Part shown: piece by piece, positions 63,250-64,000 of the stretch
How positions within the stretch are numbered: position 1 is the first letter of the stretch
How the letters are laid out: each line of letters begins with the position of its first letter
Assembly: GCF_036321535.1 (NCBI RefSeq)
Contig: NC_087437.1
Location: 45,820,001-45,884,000 of the forward strand
From: Camelus dromedarius
Lineage: Eukaryota
Direction of reading: 5' to 3'
DNA length: 64,000 bases
Made by a program: the position numbers and the translations under genes
Notes under the pieces: generated by a model
Seen by the model: only the letters and a program-made list of their open reading frames with translations
What the model was told of the DNA's origin: nothing
Databases searched by the model: none

Positions 63250-64000
63250 GCATGGTAGACTTTCATTTCTGGTTAAGACGGAGTAACACGGACCAAATTT
63301 ACCTTGTGCTCCAAACAACCAAAAAAACTACAAAATACGTAAAATAACAGTTTAAGACTCTGGACATCAGGCAACAAAGGACAGTGATTCCTGACAGAAA
63401 AAAAAAAAAAAATCAACCAAACATGTGCCTTTATAACTTGGCACAAGGAAGAGGAAACTCCCTAGGCAGAGTCCAGTGAAATTCCTGAGCTGAAGGGATA
63501 AAGCTGAGGATCTGGGGAGACAAAGGCAGCTAGAATTCATGGGAAAAAGTACAGGAAAAGTGACAGCCACACAGCAGAGAATTCTGAAGATCTGCAGCAG
63601 GCCCTACTCACAAATTTAGCTGAGTACTAATGAGCACGAGCATGTGAAGACACTAGCTGAGACCTGGGGGAAAACCACTCAACAGAATTAAAAGGAACAA
63701 TGTCTGATACTCAAGGGTACACCGGAATAGAAAACGTCTTAACTCATGGAGTACTGATTAGAGTACACTTAGGTCCTTGCCTGGTACTAGTCAGGAAATA
63801 ATCAGTCCTACAGTGAGCACTGTTTCACTGCCATTTAACATATCTTATAAGTATGATCCAAAAGGCTCAAACCATTTCTGTGTTCCAGAACAAAGTTCAC
63901 AGACACTTACAAGAATACAAAAATACCCAGCAAGCAAAAAGGTAAAATTCACAATGTCTCACTTCTAATCAAAAGTAAAAAGGCATGCAAAGATACAGGA
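63250..64000 (+). mobile_element. Old L1M 5'-region fragment
   Basis: gactttcatttctggttaagacggagtaac...aaaggtaaaattcacaatgtct; similar in character to the L1 5' block at 29066-29830. Confidence 0.55.

Overview
Mammalian genomic DNA, most likely camelid (alpaca/llama/camel), judged from three copies of a tRNA-derived SINE resembling the camelid vic-1 type and several cetartiodactyl-type L1 3' ends. The right third holds the 3' end of TBL1XR1 (WD40 subunit of the NCoR/SMRT corepressor complex) on the minus strand. Six coding exons (59755-59876, 59538-59612, 55382-55509, 54734-54899, 51441-51542, 50339-50365) all have GT-AG borders and join in frame to end ...VCVLDLRK*. They are followed by a long 3'UTR (~4.8-6.2 kb) with no recognisable interspersed repeats, several poly(A) signals and many miRNA/Pumilio motifs. 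Positions 1-44000 are downstream intergenic DNA full of L1, MIR, MaLR/ERV LTRs and DNA-transposon fossils. Nearly all entries in the ORF track are spurious or repeat-derived. I found no convincing previously undescribed biological system. The best second-look items are a solo ERV LTR with eight CCAAT boxes at 22-24 bp spacing, an orphan CpG-island-like patch with overlapping CRE/NBRE motifs, possible alternative polyadenylation of TBL1XR1, and a possible ancient CR1 endonuclease relic. Repeat family names come from recognition by eye and need RepeatMasker/Dfam confirmation; most repeat boundaries are approximate.
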